A DNA stretch of 64,000 nucleotides, taken from NCBI GenBank assembly GCA_950097015.1, contig CATNEN010000001.1, forward strand, positions 15,934,001-15,998,000, given 5' to 3'. This document shows, piece by piece, positions 61,013 to 64,000 of the stretch (position 1 is the first letter of the stretch; each line of letters begins with the position of its first letter). The notes under the pieces were generated by a model that searched no databases, was not told the DNA's origin, and saw only the letters and a program-made list of their open reading frames with translations. This DNA is from Macrostomum hystrix (lineage: Eukaryota; Animalia; Platyhelminthes). The translations under genes were made by a program, and so were the position numbers.

Positions 61013-63694
61013 TGCATCTGATCTGCCTGCATCTGATCTGCCTGCATTTGATCTGCCTGCATCTGATCTGCCTGCATCTGATCTGCCTGCATCTGATCTG
61101 CATCTGATCTGCCTGCATCTGATCTGGCTGCATCTGATCTGCCTGCATCTGATCTGCATCTGATCTGCCTGCATCTGATCTGCATCTGATCTGCCTGCAT
61201 CTGATCTGCATCTAATTTGCCTGCATCTGATCTGCCTGCATCTGATCTGCATCTGATCTGCCTGCATCTGATCTGCATCTGATCTGCCTGCATCTGATCT
61301 GCATCTGATCTGCCTGCATCTGATCTGCATCTGATCTGCCTGCATCTGATCTGCATCTGATCTGCCTGCATCTGATCTGCCTGCATCTGATCTGCATCTG
61401 ATCTGCCTGCATCTGATCTGCCTGCATCTGATCTGCATCTGATCTGCCTGCATCTGATCTGCACCTGATCTGCCTGCATCTGATCTGCATCTGATCCGCC
61501 TGCATCTGATCCGCCTGCATCTGATCTGCCTGCATCTGATCTGCCTGCATCTGATCTGCCTGCATCTGATCTGCATCTGATTTGCCTGCATCTGAACTAC
61601 CTGCATCTGATCTGCCTGCTTCTGATCTGCCTGCATCTGATCTGCCTGCATCTGATCTGCCTGCATCTGATCTGCCTGCATCTGATCTGCCTGCATCTGA
61701 TCTGCATCTGATCCGCCTGCATCTAATCTGCCTGCATCTGATCTGCCTGCATCTGATCTGCCTGCATCTGATCTGCCTGCATCTGATCTGCCTGCATCTG
61801 ATCTGCATCTGATCTGCCTGCATCTGATCTGCATCTGATCTGCCTGCATCTGATCTGCATCTGATCTGCCTGCATCTGATTTGCCTGCATCTGATCTGCA
61901 TCTGATCTGCCTGCATCTGATCTGCATCAGATCTGCCTGCATCTGATCTGCATCTGATCTGCCTGCATCTGATCTGCCTGCATCTGATCTGCATCTGATC
62001 TGCCTGCATCTGATCTGCCTGCATCTGATTTGCCTGCATCTGATCTGCATCTGATCTGCATCTGATCTGCCTGCATCTGATCTGCCTGCATCTGATCTGC
62101 ATCTGATCCGCCTGCATCTGATCTGCCTGCATCTGATCTGCCTGCATCTGATCTGCCTGCATCTGATCTGCCTGCTTCTGATCTGCCTGCATCTGATCTG
62201 GCTGCATCTGATCTGGCTGCATCTGATCTGGCTGCATCTGATCTGCATCTGATCTGCCTGCATCTGATCTGCATCTGATCTGCCTGCATCTGATCTGCAT
62301 CTAATTTGCCTGCATCTGATCTGTCTGCATCTGATCTGCATCTGATCTGCCTGCATCTGATCTGCATCTGATCTGCCTGCATCTGATCTGCCTGCATCTG
62401 ATCTGCATCTGATCTGCCTGCATCTGATCTGCCTGCATCTGATTTGCCTGCATCTGATCTGCATCTGATCTGCCTGCATCTGATCTGCATCTGATCTGCC
62501 TGCATCTGATCTGCCTGCATCTGATCTGCATCTGATCCGCCTGCATCTGATCTGCCTGCATCTGATCTGCCTGCATCTGATCTGCCTGCATCTGATCTGC
62601 CTGCATCTGATCTGCCTGCATCTGATCTGGCTGCATCTGATCTGCCTGCATCTGATCTGCATCTGATCTGCCTGCATCTGATCTGCATCTGATCTGCCTG
62701 CATCTGATCTGCATCTAATTTGCCTGCATCTGATCTGCCTGCATCTGATCTGCATCTGATCTGCCTGCATCTGATCTGCATCTGATCTGCCTGCATCTGA
62801 TCTGCATCTGATCCGCCTGCATCTGATCTGCCTGCATCTGATCTGCCTGCATCAGATCCGCCTGCATCTGATCCGCCTGCATCTGATCTGCCTGCATCTG
62901 ATCTGCATCTGATCTGCCTGCATCTGATCTGCCTGCATCTGATTTGCCTGCATCTGATCTGCATCTGATCTGCATCTAATCCGCATCTAATCCGCATCTA
63001 ATCTGCATTAAATCTGCATCTGATCTACCTGCATCTAATCTGCATCTAATCTGCATCTGATCCGCATCCGATCCGCATCTGATCCGCATCTGATCCGCAT
63101 CTAATCTGCATCTAATACGCATCTAATATGCATTTAATCTGCATCTGATCTGCATCTGATCTACCTGCATCTAATCTGCATCTAATCCACATCTAATCTG
63201 CATTTAATCTGCATCTAATCTGCATCTGATCTACCTGCATCTAATCCGCATCTAATCTGCATCTGATCCGCATCTGATCCGCATCTAATACGCATCTAAT
63301 ATACATTTAATCTGCATCTGATCTGCATCTGATCTACCTGCATCTAATCTGCATCTAATCCGCATCTAATCTGCATTTAATCTGCATCTAATCCGCATCT
63401 AATCCGCATCTAATCTGCATTTAATCTGCATCTGATCTACCTGCATCTAATCCGCATCTAATCTGCATCTGATCCGCATCTGATCCGCATCTAATGCGCA
63501 TCTAATATACATTTAATCTGCATCTGATCTGCATCTGATCTACCTGTATCTAATATGCATCTAATCCGCATCTAATCTGCATTTAATCTGCATCTGATCT
63601 ACCTGCATCTAATCCGCATCTAATCTGCATTTAATCTGCATCTGATCTGCATCTAATCCGCATCTAATCTGCATCTAATCCGCATCTAATCGGC
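61013..63694. repeat. 10/14-bp satellite (CTGCATCTGAT / CTGCCTGCATCTGAT type), degenerating towards 63694
   Basis: Visible 2.7-kb array. Confidence 0.97.
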
Positions 63695-64000
63695 ATGCAA
63701 AAAAGCCAAGCCTAAGTAAGCAAGTTAGTAGTAGCAAAGTAAGTAAAAAAAACAATTAAAATTATTATTCACAACACGATCCATGTGCATATAAATTTAT
63801 TTCCGACTAACATTAATCACTATTGTTCACTGTACACATGAAGGGTCAGCACACCTTTTTAACATCCGCTGTTTAATCTATCCCCTGTCCCCTATTTAAT
63901 CAATAAAAGCAATATTTTACAGAAACTTTTGAAAGTAAAGTTTCTTATAAAATGCACGATGATAAACAGAACTTGGCCAGCCAATCAGGGCGAATCCTGC

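Noticed and set aside
60961-62997. Several 137-601 aa ORFs (QMQAD/RCRQI/DAGRS repeats)
   Set aside because: All frames are open because the simple satellite lacks stops.
3604-63694. CRISPR-like arrays
   Set aside because: All arrays are head-to-tail tandem repeats without unique spacers. There are no cas genes and the context is eukaryotic.

Overview
Eukaryotic, intron-rich animal DNA. GC-rich exons encoding poly-Q/poly-A tracts and introns packed with minisatellites suggest a free-living flatworm such as Macrostomum (inference only). Three host genes can be assembled by hand with phase-consistent GT-AG junctions: a PTPN3/PTPN4-type FERM-PDZ-tyrosine phosphatase (+, 19247-36943), a tetraspanin (+, 43049-46763) and an Angel/CCR4-family EEP phosphatase (-, 57671-60968). 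Mobile DNA includes: the 5' part of a spliced Helitron RepHel gene with an OTU protease exon, joined head-to-tail to a second Helitron-like unit; a hAT MITE nested in another element with an 8-bp TSD; two tRNA-derived SINE families with TSDs; and an IS630/Tc1-like transposon whose left TIR is split by a Crypton tyrosine-recombinase element. About 25 minisatellite arrays account for most of the long ORFs in the track. The most unusual patterns concern these arrays. Two neighbouring genes have their terminal exon(s) bracketed by the same satellite in inverted orientation, and several intronic arrays have units resembling tandemly amplified 3' splice sites that abut, or supply, real acceptors.
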